From contig NC_058381.1 in the NCBI RefSeq assembly GCF_018350175.1, positions 55,366,001 through 55,430,000 of the forward strand: a DNA stretch of 64,000 nt. Reading direction: 5' to 3'. The notes under the pieces were generated by a model, which was not told the DNA's origin, made no database searches, and saw only the letters and a list, made by a program, of their open reading frames with translations. Below, in pieces: positions 34,396 through 52,656 of the stretch; the first letter of the stretch is position 1; the number at the start of each line of letters is the position of its first letter. Source of the stretch: Felis catus (Eukaryota). Made by a program: the position numbers and the translations under genes.

Positions 34396-34750
34396 GGGAG
34401 CCCCTGGGTGGCTCAGCTGGTTAAGTGTCCGACTTCAGCCTAGGTCATGATCTCACCGTTCCCGAGTTCGAGCCCCCCGTGGGGCTCTGTGCTGACAGCT
34501 CAGAGCCTGGAGCCTGTTTTGNNNNNNNNNNNNNNNNNNNNNNNNNNNNNNNNNNNNNNNNNNNNNNNNNNNNNNNNNNNNNNNNNNNNNNNNNNNNNNN
34601 NNNNNNNNNNNNNNNNNNNNNNNNNNNNNNNNNNNNNNNNNNNNNNNNNTTTTAGAGAGAGAGAGAGTGCACGCACACGCACACAAACACAGGCATACAC
34701 ATGAGCGGGGGAGGGACAGAGAGACAGAGAGGGAGACAGAGAATCCCCAT
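34396..34750. mobile_element. Plus-strand Can-SINE followed, across an N gap, by a partial minus-strand SINE
   Basis: Head at 34396; (GA)n and reverse body after 34650. Confidence 0.8.
34522..34649. other. Assembly gap (128 N)
   Basis: Run of N. Confidence 1.
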
Positions 34751-35179
34751 GGGTGGGCTGGGCTGGCAGCCTCCCTGGAGAGAGACAGACTCCATTTAGA
34801 ACAGACCCGCGTAAACTCACGTAAGAAGGAAGAGAAGAAGATATTCTGGGTCTTCAAGACGTGGAGCAGGAGTGGGGCTTGGGAGACTGTGAGGAGAGGC
34901 AGGAGAGAAAGGCTGGGGGGCCAGGAGCCGGAAGTACAGACAATGGCAGGCTGAGAAGTGTGGGCTCCCATCCTGCAGACTTGGGGAGCCCTAGCAGCCT
35001 TTAGAGCCTTGCGTGATGTGTTCAGGAAGGGCCGCCCGGCACAATGGAGCAGCCACTGAGTGCAAGAGACTAGTTTGGAGACTGTTTCAGTACCCTAAAA
35101 CAAGAGGGTACTGAGGGTGTGGGTGGCAGGGGAGGGACGCTGCAGGACGGGAAGAGGGCGAAATCAAAATCAGGAGGCG

Positions 35180-35980
35180 ATGGACGCACGACCAGTGAGC
35201 ATGTGAAAAGATGCTTCACATCTTTAGCCTTTAGGGAAATGCGGATTTCACCCCCCCTCAGTGAGGTAGCCCTTCCGACCCACTGTACTGGCTAAAATTA
35301 AGCAGCCAGGCGACACTAAATGTGGGCAACGGGGTGTGGAGAAACTGACCGCTCATTCGTGGCTGTCGGGAGCACAAGGTGGTTCCACCCCTTTGGAAAA
35401 CACTTCGGCAGCTTCGTGTGAGGGTAACTACAGGCTTACCCTGTGACCCAGCCATTCAGCTCCGAGGTATTCAACCAACAGAAATAAAAACATGTGTCCC
35501 CATAAAAACCTGTGTCTCGCTGATCGTAGCAGCGTTGTTCACGACGGCCGAACTGGAAACAGCCTGAATGTCCGCCGACAGAAGAATGGATGAGCAAACG
35601 GATACATTCACGCGGCACGTATAAAGGAGGTTCCGGCAACAGAGCAGACGAGCGGTAGAGATGAGCTGAAGCGATCCCACGGGCCAGATGCTGAGGGCAC
35701 GAAGCCAGACACAAGCAAGTAGTCACTCTGTGATTCCACATATAGGAAGTTCGACAACAGCAGGACTAGTATATGGTGATAGAAATCAAATCAGTAGTTG
35801 CCCAGGGAGGGGTGGGTGGGGAACAGTAATTGCAAAGGGACACTACGAAACTTTCCGGGAGGGATGGGAGCGGTCTGTGTCTTGATTGTGCACACGTTTG
35901 TCTAAAGTCGTGGGCCGACACCCTTGAAATGGGTGCATTTTATTATAGTTAACGATACCTCAATAAAGCTGATTAAAGCA
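35180..35980 (+). mobile_element. Old L1 (L1M) ORF2 end and 3'UTR remnant
   Basis: catgtgaaaagatgc..., ccctgtgacccagccattc..., ...cctcaataaagctg. Confidence 0.8.
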
Positions 35981-36049
35981 AAAACAAAACAGGAAGGCAG
36001 ATCCTCTCTTTAAATGGAAAGAGCTTTATTAGAGCTGAACACAGGCATG

Positions 36050-36480
36050 CCCTGGGTATGTACTCAGCAGCAATGCAAAGAAATATACAAAAATGTTCGT
36101 AGCCACAATACTCAAAATAGGCACACACAAAAAAGCGCTGGGGGCGGGGGGGAACAACTCAGGTATCCCCCAACAGTAGAATAATAAATAAAATGTGAAA
36201 TGTGGATGCCAGGGTGTGTTAGACAGCCCAAGCCTAATGTTGAGTAAACCGAGCCAGACACAACAGAGCACAGACTTCGTTTGACTCCATTCCTACAAAA
36301 TTCAAAAACAGGCTTAGGATGGCCATTACTGATAGAGGTAGTCACAGAAGGGGGTACATAGGGGTTTCTGGGGGCTGCTAAGTGTTTTTGTTTCTTGATC
36401 TGGGTGTTACTTACCCTTTGTAAAAATTCATCATGCTATTATTATGTGGGCATTTTTCTCTATGTATGTTCTGTTTTATA
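36050..36480 (+). mobile_element. Second old L1 3'UTR remnant
   Basis: tacaaaattcaaaaacaggc..., tttcttgatctgggtg pattern. Confidence 0.65.
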
Positions 36481-36481
36481 A

Positions 36482-36689
36482 ATGTTTAATGTTTATTTAT
36501 TTTTGAGAGAGAGAGAGAGAGATCGCACGAGCAGGAGAGGGGCGGAGAGAGGAGATACAGAATCTGAAGCAGGCTCCAGGCTCTGAGCTGTCAGCACAGA
36601 GCCCAACATGGGGCTCAAACCCACAAACTGTGAGATCATGACCTGAGCTGAAGTCGGATACTTAACCACCTGAGCCACCCAGGTGCCCC
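36482..36689 (-). mobile_element. Can-SINE
   Basis: Reverse body; TSD tgtatgttct. Confidence 0.92.
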
Positions 36690-36779
36690 TGTATGTTCTA
36701 TTTTAATTAAAACATTTGTTTTATGTTTCTAGCTGGTAAGAAGTTTTTGTTTGTTTGTTTTTTTAAGAGATAAAAATCA

Positions 36780-36993
36780 GGGGCACCTGGGTGACTCAGT
36801 CGGTTGAGCATCCGACTTCGGCTCAGGTCACGATCTCATAGTTTGTGGGTTCGAGCCCCACATCGGGTTCTGTGCTGACAGCTTGCTCAGAGCCTGGACC
36901 ATGCTTCAGATTCTGTGTTTCCTTCTCTCTCTGCCCCTCCCCTGCTTGCACTCTCTCTCTGCCTCTCAAAAATAAATAAATGTTAAAAAAAAA
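36780..36993 (+). mobile_element. Can-SINE
   Basis: Canonical; TSD agagataaaa. Confidence 0.92.
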
Positions 36994-37508
36994 GAGAGAG
37001 AGATAAAAGTCAGGAAGTAGACATCATCTGTAAATCCAGCAACAGTGAAGCGTGGGAAAGCAAGTTGGGGCTGGTATCTCTGTTCGTCTGGCCATGGGGG
37101 TTGGCAGCTGGGCATGTGGGGTTGGGAGAAGCACCTGGTCTGCCAGACTCCGTCCCATTCCTCTCTGGACCCCACACACACCTTCCTTATGTTTCCTGAG
37201 CTTCCTCCATAACCTTCAATCATACTTACACACCCATCACGCCTGGCTGATGTTTACCAGCCGATGGACAGACCAGTGTGAGTCAAAACAGGCTGCCCGA
37301 AGGAGAAGGGGCTGGGGCTTGGCACACAGACGGTCCCTCCTGTTCTCTGGATGACACCCATTCCCTGGGGTCTCACACAGTGGGTGGCACATAGTAAGTA
37401 TTCAGTAAACATTGGTTGAATAAATGAATAGATGCATGAGTGGAAAGATTAGGAAGACAGGCTCAGGAGAAAGGAAGGAGGAGAAAAAAGTTAAAAAAAT
37501 TAGATGAT

Positions 37509-37720
37509 GGGGGCGCCTGGGTGGCTGGGTAGGTTGAATGTCCGACTCTTGATTTCAGCTCAGGTCATGATCTCATGGTTCGCAGGTTCGAGCTCCGCAT
37601 CAGGCTTCATGCTGACAGTGCGGAGCCTGCTTGGGATTCTCTCTTTCTCTGCTCCTCCCCTGCTTGTGCTCTCTCTCTATCTCTCTCTCTCTCTCAAAAT
37701 AAATAAATAAACTTTAAAAA
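37509..37720 (+). mobile_element. Can-SINE
   Basis: Canonical body and tail. Confidence 0.9.
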
Positions 37721-40026
37721 GACACGGGTCCTAACTTGAGACGGGTGAGTCCTCCTCCCAGGCCCCAATGGGCAGGGTGCCCGGGGACCTACCCAGGCAA
37801 AACTGGGGGGCAGGGGGGCTGTATAGGGATGGTGTTAGAAGATGCTGGTTTTGGCCTTCCAGGGACCTCTGGAGTTCCCCACCCGGGGGCAGCTATGATT
37901 CCTCCCTTTTGCAATTCACATATTTATTTGCTGGGGTTCATTGGGGTTAATTATCATTGTGGTTGGGGTGGGGTGGGAAGGAGCCTTGCCCCAGCCCCAG
38001 GGCCTGGAAGGGGATCGTGAGAATCAGAGATAGGTTTGGACACCTAGAAGGTGGGTACTGGGAGGCTTGGGGCGGGGGTGGAGGGGACATGGGGTGGATT
38101 AGAATGGCACCTCCCACCAGCAATGCACCCATTTCTAGGCTCCAGGCCTGGGTGGCTGGATCTGTAAGCCTTCCTTGTCTTCCGCCCATTCGTGCTACCC
38201 CCTCCAAATCATCAAAGCCCAGTGAGGCTCAACTCCAGGAGGCAAGCAGCATTATTCACAGGGGCGGGGCCGAGCACTCTGGAGGACAAGTGGCCAGGCC
38301 GGGGCTCAGATCTTGATCAGCTGAGAGTGGGACCGGCATCCCAGGTGCCCTTGGCTCCAGCAGGGCAGGGCCACACCGATGGACTGTCAGCATCAGCCTC
38401 ACCTCCAAGGACCCTAGCCCTGGCCCGCCACAGCTGCCTGTGCTGTGCATCCCACCTTCTAGGCCACCAGCCGCTCTGCAGGGACGAAGCCAGGTTGGTG
38501 ATGGCCCAGAGGGGCAGGCCAGGGAGTGAGACAGGTGAGGGAAAGGGGGCCAGCCTCGAGCTAGTGGGGATGCTGCTGAGGCTCTGAGACTGTCAGCCTG
38601 TCCCCACTTGGCGGGAAAGGACACTGAGACCCAGGCCACCTTTCCAAGTTATAGAGCAAGCTAAGTCCTTAAAAATCCAAGGCTGGAATTGTTAGCAACC
38701 CAGACTCCCGACCGGTGAGGTTTTCCAAGGATCCCTTGGTCCCTCTCACCGTGTCAGGTCAGCACCACAGTCCAGTGTGTGTGAGTGACTTTGGGGCATA
38801 GATTAGCCTGAAGGGTGTGTTGTTGGGCCTGGTGGGGCCAGCGCCAGGGCTGGAAAGGGAATGAGGGCCACGATTCTTACACAGTGTGGAGGCGACTGAG
38901 AACAGTCTACTGTCTACTACAGCAGGGCTCTGGACTCAAACACACCCACGTTTGTTCTTGCTGTGTGACCTTAGGTGAGTTGCTTGACCTCTCTGAGCCT
39001 CAGGTCTCTGACAAGGTGATTTGCAGTGGGTGAGGGTGATACTACCTAGCTTACTGGGTCGCTGGAAAAGTAATAAGATCACTTCTGTACTACGGATATC
39101 AATGGACCGTAGGGCCAGTGCTCACGGTATTGGCATTGCTAAGCCATTCCTTGTGCTATGGTAATTATAACACTATTGTAATGCTGAATATTGATATGAC
39201 TGAAATCTAACATCTATTGGCTGGGGTTCAGGGGCATGATGCCTCCTCCCACTTCTGTTCTACAATACTGAACCGCTGTACAGAAGGTGTGGGGACCAGG
39301 GAAGAGGGAGTTGCAGACAACCCGGCATGTGGGTTCTCGGTGCTTCCAGCTCAGGGATACCCAGGCCTGGCTGATGCCCACCGAGCCCTCCCCATCCCCA
39401 GATTCCTGTCGACCAGGTCCTCCGCCTACAGGGTGTCACGACCTGAGCTAAGGGCTTCATATAGTGTAGCCTCCCAACAGGCCGACAACGTGGGGTTTGG
39501 TTAGCTCCACTCACAGGTGGAAACTTGGAGGTTTGGAAAGGCAACTTAGCCTTCCCAGCAAGTGGCACAGCTCAGCATCCTAACTGGACATCCCGGCTCA
39601 GGGGAAGTTGCCCACCCAGGCCCCTGGGGTTCTGATCCCCAGCAAACCAGTCCCCCAGAGAGAGTTTGGGGAAAGTTTGGTGGGAACCCCCGATTCAGGA
39701 CAAGGGATGGGATGAGGACAGGTGGTGTGGGTGGCTGGGGCTTCAACCTTCCAGGCTAAAGGAGCTGGGGCTCTAAATATAATAAGTGAGAGAAGGAGTT
39801 GAAATATAGACCGTAGACAAAGTCATGGAGTCCTCTGTGAGTGTGTATGCACATACGTGCACACACATGCACGCACACACGTGCACATGCCCCTCTCCCG
39901 GGAAACTTGGCCCTGAAACAAAGATCAGCGAGCAACAGACACACACAAGCACGCTCAGCTCACAGGAGAGCTCTGGGTCCACTGCACTCACCCTGGGCTT
40001 GCATAGAGTCAGTGCCCTCACGCCCA

Positions 40027-40027
<1 letters not shown>

Positions 40028-40061
<34 letters not shown>
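40028..40061. repeat. (CA)n microsatellite
   Basis: Direct reading. Confidence 0.95.
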
Positions 40062-40063
<2 letters not shown>

Positions 40064-41599
40064 CCCACACAGTGGAAAGCAGTCAGTAGTAGATCTCAAG
40101 GCTGAGCAGGAGTGAGGTAAACAGGAATGGAGGAAGAGGGAGAGACAGTGAGTCCAGCCTGTCCCTCCTCCCCCCTCCCCAAATCCTGCCCACTGAGCCC
40201 CTGTTCTGACCTGGGGAACCCACGAACTGCCCTTGTGCCAAGTGAGAGCCTGGGGAGGTGGCTCAGGGAATGGGGTAGAAAGAGCCAGGGTTTGGGGTTT
40301 GAATCCCACAGCCCTGACGCTTGTGCTCTTAGGGGCTTGGAAAAATGACCCAATCGACATGAGTCCTGGTTTCTTTACCCATGAGGTGGGGCAATGATGC
40401 TGTGCTCAAGGGTTTGCCGTGCCTGGTATGTGAAAGTGCTCTGAGAAGACAGCTAGCAGGGAGTGGCAGTGCAAATGCACCAGAATTGACACCCTGGTTT
40501 GGGCACTTGCTGGCGGGTCATTGGCTCTCCTGAATCTCAGTTGCCCCATCTGAGAAATGGGGCTAGTAAAGAATGCCTTCCTGCCCTTGCCCACTTGAAG
40601 AGACTGTGAGGGTGCTGTGACTCTGTGGAAAGGGGGCAGTGGTGTTGGGGGTCAGGGGTCAGACTGGCAGCTACTGTTGTCCCCACCCCCTCTCCTCCCA
40701 GAGCAAGCCCCTTCCCCTGCCAACCAGGGCCCCATCAACTACTGTTCAGGGTCCAGAGGAAACGCTTCTCAGGAGTGTGCATATCCAGAGCAGGGAGAGG
40801 GTCCCACAGCCCCCCAAAATGCCCATGCAGACCCACGTGGGCCCATGGAACAAAGAAGCCACAGTGAGAGAAGGTAAAAATGAGATTTGTAGCTTTAAAA
40901 GCTTTCCAGGGCGCACCACACTGGCACGCCCCAAGGGCCTTTCTCTAAAGACCAGGCATTAGGGGCTCTGAATGGACTTGCCAGAAGTTTCCCTACCTCG
41001 GTCTCCAAACCTCATCAGACTTAGTCATTCAGCTATAGAAACCCGGGGAGCAGCTGGTCCAGAGTGCAGCTATGCAGAGTCAGACAGACAAGGAGTCAGG
41101 CCCTGTGTGTGCTCTTACTGGCTGTATGAGCCACACAACAACCTAGTGTTCTTGAGTCTCAGTTTTCTCCTCTGTCAAATGGGTTAATTGACCCCCTGTA
41201 ATTATTAAATGAGGCTGTCATGTGAATTCATAGCCATCACAGATGTAAAGTGCTGACATACAGCAGGTGCTCGATAAATGCTCACCATCATGATGAGACA
41301 TGGCACAGACAGGAGCCAGCCTGTCTGGGTTGGAGCCCTAGCTCCACCACCGCCAGCCTTGTGAGCTTGGGCACGTTTTACAAACATCTCTGCGCCTTGG
41401 TTTCCTCATCTGAAAACCAGGAATCACAACAGCCCTGGAGACCATGTGACTAACACACTTGAAATGCTTGGGTCATACTGCGTGTTACTACTATTATGGA
41501 TGGGAGGTGAGACTCAGGTCAGAGACCCGTCCTGTGTGCCTGCTGGGTGCCAGACAGCTCTCATACAGGACCCCCAACAGAGAACCCACTTCGCAGATG

Positions 41600-42060
41600 G
41601 GCCTGGGTGGCTCAGTCGGTTAAGTGTTCAACTCTCGGTTTCAGCTCAAGTCATGACCTCACGTTTTGTGAGAGTTCAAGCCCCACATCAGGCTCTGCGC
41701 TGACAGCACAGAGCCTCCTTGGGATTCTGTGTCTCCCTCTCTCTCTGCTCCTTTCCTGCCTTTGCATGTGCACCTGTGCAGTGTCTCTCTCTCTCTCTTT
41801 CTCCCCCACCCCTTAAATAAATAAACTTTAAAAAAAATGGGGGCACCTGAGTGGCTCAGTTGGTTAAGCATCCGACTTTGGCTCAGGTCATGATCTCGCT
41901 GTCCGTGAGTTCGAGCCCCATGTCAGGCTCTGTGCTGACAGCTCAGAGCCTGGACCCTGCTTTGGATTCTGTGTCTCCCTCTCGCTCTGCACCTCCCCTG
42001 CTTGCATTCTGTCTCTCTCTTAAAAATAAATAAACATTTTTAAAAATTTTTAAATTTAAG
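41600..42060 (+). mobile_element. Two tandem Can-SINEs (41600-41838, 41840-42060)
   Basis: Two heads, bodies and tails in series. Confidence 0.9.
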
Positions 42061-42389
42061 GAAGGCCATTACACGTCCATATTAAGGAAGAAGAAACACA
42101 GCAGTTAAGTGACTTGACCAAGGTCATTGCTTTGCCGTGGCAGGTCTGGGATTTGAACCCATATGCATAGTCGCTATGCTGCCCATGTAGTTCAGGCATG
42201 ACTTCAGTGGTTTTAATGCTGGGTTCCAGGAAACCTTAGGGATCCCTGGGGGTGCCTCGGGCTGCTGAGTTTGAGGTGTGGGGTGAGGAGAGGAGGGCCC
42301 TTTAAGGACAGGCTGGGCTCCAGAGTTCTAGTTCAACCTGAGACAGGACCAGGACCAAGATGGGGAGGGGGACAAGGAGCCTGAACGCA

Positions 42390-43182
42390 TGGGAAGACAG
42401 ATGGAGAGAAAGACGCCAAATCTGCTCCTCTCCTCACACTTCTGACACCAAATGTGGGCTTTTCCCCACACCAACAACCAATTCTCCAACACTGGGCACC
42501 AACCAACCTGTAATTTGATTCCATTCTGAAGTTGACTACGGGTTAGTGTCAGACTCTACAGATCCCAGGGTTCGGTGTCACAAAGACGCCCTCACTTCCT
42601 GGGTCCCCGGGCTACCTGCACTTCTGCCCAACTTGGCTACAAATTTGGGGGTTCCCAGAACCTGCCCCTGAGCCTCTTTAACTTGCTAGAAGAGCTCACA
42701 GAGCTGAGAAAAGAGCTTTACTTACATTTATCAGTTTGTTGTAAAATGTGTTATAATGGATCTGTATTAACAACCAGATGAGGAGATACATAGGGTCCAG
42801 AAGGCTCCTGAGTGCAGGAGCTTCTGTCCCTGTCGAGCAGACACTACTCTCTCGTAACACGGATGCATTCATCAACTCAGAAGCTCTCTGAACCCCGTAG
42901 TTTGGGGTTGCTTATAGAGGTTTCATTATGAAGGCATGATCGATCATTAATCCGATCTCCAGCTCCCTTCCCCTCCCCAAAGGATGGAGAGGCACTGAAA
43001 GTTCCAGGCTGCTAGCCATAGTGACAAGTCCCCATCCTGAATCTGTTCTGGAGCCCACCCAGAGTCACTTCATGTGAACAAAAGATATTCCTATCACCCA
43101 GGGACCTCCAAGGGACTCGGGAGCTCTGTGTCAGGAGCTGGGAGCAGTTCCCAAACATACATTTCTTATTATGTGACCAACA
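42390..43182. mobile_element. Solo LTR, MER21-like (ERVL class)
   Basis: cacttctgacaccaaatgtggg...ccacaccaacaaccaattctcc..., ggctacaaatttgggggttccc, ...gcaggagcttctgtccc pattern. Confidence 0.7.
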
Positions 43183-46100
43183 GCAAGGGAGACAGAGGTC
43201 TAGAAAGACAAGGCAACAGAAAGAGGGGATAGAGGAGAGACTGAGCAGGTGCCCTGTGTTACAAGGAGAGATAGGGCAGAGAGACCAAGGGATAGGGAGA
43301 CAGAAAGGGGGACAGGCAGACTCCCTAGTCACGACAAAATGCTTCAGACCCTTGCTTCCCCATCTGGGCCGGCTTTTACCCTCCCACACAGCCCCCCAGT
43401 ATCTTGCCCAGTGGACTCACACCCCAACTGGCCCTCTCTCAGCCCAGCCCCTCAGGACAAGTGGGTCAGCCCAGGTGCTTAGGCCACTGAAGTTGCCAAC
43501 ATCCTCCCCCCACCCCGCCATGCCAGCCTGAGTCTGGCATCTGTCTAGACCAGGCATGACCAGGTCAAGGGGACCTAACACCAAAAACAACTCCCACCAA
43601 TGGAGTGCTTGGGAGGGAGGGGCGGGGGGCGATATGCCGTGGTTAGGCATATACCACGGAACTTTGTCTCTGAGGCCTGGTTTTTCCACCTAATAGCTCT
43701 GTGACCTTGGGCAATTCATATCCCTGCTCTGACCTTCTGTTTTCCCACCCATAAAATGGGGATAATAATCATAATATAGTCCTTGTTTTATAGAGCTGTG
43801 GCTTTATTGTGAGGATTGAATGTATATAAAGTAACATAAGCACCTAACACCTTATACGTTCTCAACATTAATAGTGAAAAAACATGAAAGCTTACCTCTG
43901 GAGACAGGAGTGGCTGAAGGGACCCGGTTAGGGAGCCTGAATTTTCCTTAATTTACTGGGACCTAAATATGTCACAAAACCTCTCTGACGCTCAATCTTT
44001 TCATCTATGGAGTGGGGCTAAAACTCCTCACCCACCTACCTCACAGGAATAGGGAGAGTTTTTGATAAACTCTAACGTTCAGAGAGTAGTATAATGGGGC
44101 CAGGCCAATGGACCTGTGATTCTTCCTCCGGAAAAAATGCCCAGCTCCTTGGGCAGCCCAGGAACAACTCTGATTCCCCAGGGGTCTTCCCACTGGATAG
44201 TGACCCATCCTTATCTAACCGATGATTCCTTAGCCAGTGGCTGATCCTCAACGCCCCCAGCTGGTCGGAACAGGATGCCTTCAGTACTGTCTCCGGGAGC
44301 TAGTGTGACAGGTGGAGTGGCCTATGGGGCTCAAAAAGGCAAAACTGCTCTCTGGAAAGGCCTAGGACTTACCTACGGTTGGGGGAGGGGGCCACAGATG
44401 CAGTGAACACCTCATGGGCCCAAGACCACCGATAACTGGTCATTACTAACGGGTATGTACTGAATACCAGGCAGGTGTGCTAAGTGCTTTCTTGTGCATT
44501 AACACTGCACGATCATCTCACCTCCTAATGATCCATGGGGTTAGCACTGTGAGTATAATAAGTTATAACCACCTATTTCATTTGAGGACATAGACCCAGA
44601 GAGGCTGAGTAACTTACCCAAGGCCACACAGCTGGGAAGGGCCAGAGCCAGTTTTGCCGCCCAGATCTGGCTGTCTCCTGAGTCCTGCCATGTCCTGTGC
44701 AACCCAGGCTTATCTCAGAGGTGACACAGGCATGCCCTGGGAGCACAGGGCCGTCGTGCTGTCCAGAACTGGTCTCACACGGGGACAGGAGGTAGCTGGC
44801 ACCATGGAAGGGCATCAGGACACTTAGTGCCACTTTGTTCATTTGGCTGCTCTGCTATCTACCGCCAGACCCTTGCCCTCTGGGCCTCAGTTATCTCATC
44901 TGTAAAATGAGGTTGTGCCACATACCCAGAGGCCCTTCCTGCCTGATTCATTCTGACACCTCCATCTCCATCGAATTAGTAATCCCGTTTATGATGTGAC
45001 TTCAGAGCAGTCTAGGGCATCTTAACATGGGGTCCCTGGACCTCTTGGAGCTCCAGGAACTGCCTGGAATTATGAACAAAATTGTATATGAGTGTTTGTC
45101 TGCCCGGTGTGCATTTTTCCAGGGAAAGTGGCCCATATTATTAGCAGATTCTAATACCAAAAGGCTAAGAGCAATGGATTTTTCTAAACTTTCCTCAATC
45201 TAACCTCGATCTAAATTTTAAGGGGAATGGGTCGAGAGGGCTGAACCCCTTACCACGTAAAATTCTTCCCTTCACTGTGTTTAAAGTCCCCTCAGACTTC
45301 CCGCAGCTGCACCTGCTCTTGTGCCTCAGGCTTCCACCCTCGGGCCACACTGACCCATGGAGACCCCAGCCCCCAGTGCTTCGGATTAGCCCCTGCCTCT
45401 ACGCTGAAGTTCCTATCTGCTGTCTTGTTATTCAGTCCTCACCCCCCATGTCCGTTTCCTGGAACAGCAGCGCCACGACTGGCCGGTCTTTCCTGAGGTA
45501 GGTGCAGTGACCAGGATGGCCAGTAGGGGTCGCAGGGTGGACAACCCTGTGGAGCATCCGACAGAATCCCACCACTCCGCAGGCCCCCTTAGCAGCCTCG
45601 GGGGGGGGGGGGGGGGGGACGGGCAGGAAAGTGTGGCAGCAGTCAGGAGGCTACTGTTCTGAGTCTGGATCGTCCCCTTGGTAGGCCTCCGTTTTTCCAT
45701 CTGTAAAGTGGAGGGAGATGACCTAGAACCCCAGATGGTTGCTAAGCAACCTTCCCGCTGGGACATCCTCTGGACCATTCTGATTGATGATGGAGGGAGA
45801 GAGCTGTCTTGAACTCCCTTTAGCAGAAGCACTTGACCCAGCATCCTTAGGGAATGAAATAAAATGGTTCCAGGGCCCTTTCTCAGGCTTGACTGAGCAA
45901 ACAGAGGCCATTGTCTTACAGCTTAAGGAGAAGCCTTGCCTCTGGGACAAAGGAAGGTTCTAAATAGGGCTGCCCCAAGAGCTTCCTGGGGTGGTGAGGG
46001 AAATGGGGACTGCACTGGTGGCCTCCCAGGGTGGGCTGGGGCCTTGAGATGAGGGCTTATGGGGCCTGGGTGATGAGTGGTGGCCTCCTTGGGTACAGCT

Positions 46101-47983
46101 TCTGCCCATGTCTGGAGAAGGCCAGGCAGGCCCCATTGGAAATGGAGAAAGCTGTCCTTAGCAGCTGCAGCCTGGACCATCCCCGCCACTCAGCTTCCAG
46201 CTTGCCTGTCCCCATTCTTCTGAACCCTCCCTCTCCCTCAGCTCCAAATTCTGGGCCCAGAAACAGCAGGGTGAAGACCCAGGGATGAGGGAAGGCCCTG
46301 CAAGGATGCATGGGGGTGGGGCATGCCCAACCATCCAACCCTGGACCCCCTCCAGGGGGCCCATGAGGACCAAGCCCTCTGCGGTACACAAAGACCTTCT
46401 CCCTCTCCCACTCCCCAGTGGTTAAAGAACGAGACACAGGTGTGACAACGATACAAAACATTCTCTACAAAAGTTATAATGAGCCTGCGGGAGGGGTACT
46501 TTGTGCGGCAGTAGGAATCCCAGAGCCTGCCCCACCCCGGGAACTGGGAGAACAGGGAGGAGGCTGAGGCAGGACACAGGGGACAGAAGAGAAAGGGCAG
46601 CACCTGGGGCTCTGAGAAAGTTGAGTCGGCACTTGGGGGCGGCCCCAGGCCCAGATGACAGGGCAAAGGACTGGCATGGGCTCAGGGTGGCAGCGACAGG
46701 CCACCAAGCCCTCTTTGTGGGAACGGAAACCGCTCCCCCGTCCCCCTCCCCCAGCACAGACACAGATGCAGAGGGAGGCCTGTGGCATTCTTTGGGTGTC
46801 CCCTCATCTCCTGACCTAGCCAAGGGGGCCCAGGAAAGAGATGGGAGCTGCAGTGGTGCTCCCGGTGGGAGCGGGAGGGTCAGGGAAACGGGTCCGGGGC
46901 TGGCCTCCTCCCTGGTCTCACTGCCATCACAGAGCAGGGACACATACTGAGCTCCTGCTGACCTACCTACACAGAACCTCGCAGCTGCCCAGCCGCCTCC
47001 AGACCCGGAGGGAAAGCCACCAGCCAGCCCCCAGCACAGACACACATGCACAGGGCCCTGGGGACCTGGGGACAGTCAGCAGCTTAGATTATCCACATCC
47101 CCAGGCTCTTCTATGTCCCAGGACTCGCCCAAACTAGGCTAGACACCCAGCTGAGGCTGTTGGCAGATGCCTTTCTCCAGCCCAGGGCACGCCCGCCAGG
47201 CCTCGGGGCCATAATACTGCAGATTATTGCTCTAGCACCTTGCATCTATTGGCCTGACCCTCTGGGGTCCCTGGAGGAGGACCAGGCTGGAGGCAGGGTG
47301 AGGAGGGCAGAGTCAGGCCACCAGCTCACCAGGTGAGCTGGTGAGGGTGCCAGTCACCCCCACTTCATGCCAGCCTGGCGCTCCAACTCCCAGACATGGC
47401 CAATAGGTGAAGGAGAAGGGGGCTGGCTTGGGGCAGGAGTGGGGACCAAAGTCAGGGCATTTGGCTGAAGAGTCTAGCCAGGAACCTCCTCTCTGCGGTG
47501 TGGGGGGAGGGGAGGGAGCCAGCCCAAACTCTTCCCTTCACAAAAATGTAAGAAGTGAGCAAGTCTCCAGCCTGAGCACAGCAGGACCGTCAGAGGAGGG
47601 GTGGGGAGAGACAGCGGCCCCTGGGACAGGCCATGCCCCTTCCACACACACTCCCATCCAGCTCTAATGGGTATGTCGTCTATCCCCTGGGGCTCCAGGG
47701 GTCCCCTGCCCTTCCTCTGGAGCTGGCCTCCCAGGAATCCACATGTCCTTTAGGGCCATTCAGACGGGAGTGGCTCAAGGGCTCCTGGACCCCTTGCTGG
47801 TACCTCCAGACTACACCTCCGTTGTGGCGTGTGGACAGGCTTTCAAGGGAGATGACCCACATGGTCTTTGCTCCTGGGGAGGGGCCGGGGGGGCTTCAGG
47901 GCTGGCGACCGTGAGGACCTCGTGGCCTCACGGTGGGTTGTGGCAACTCGCAATTCATTTGGTCTGGAGAGAGGAGCCCCCTG

Positions 47984-52656
<4,673 letters not shown>

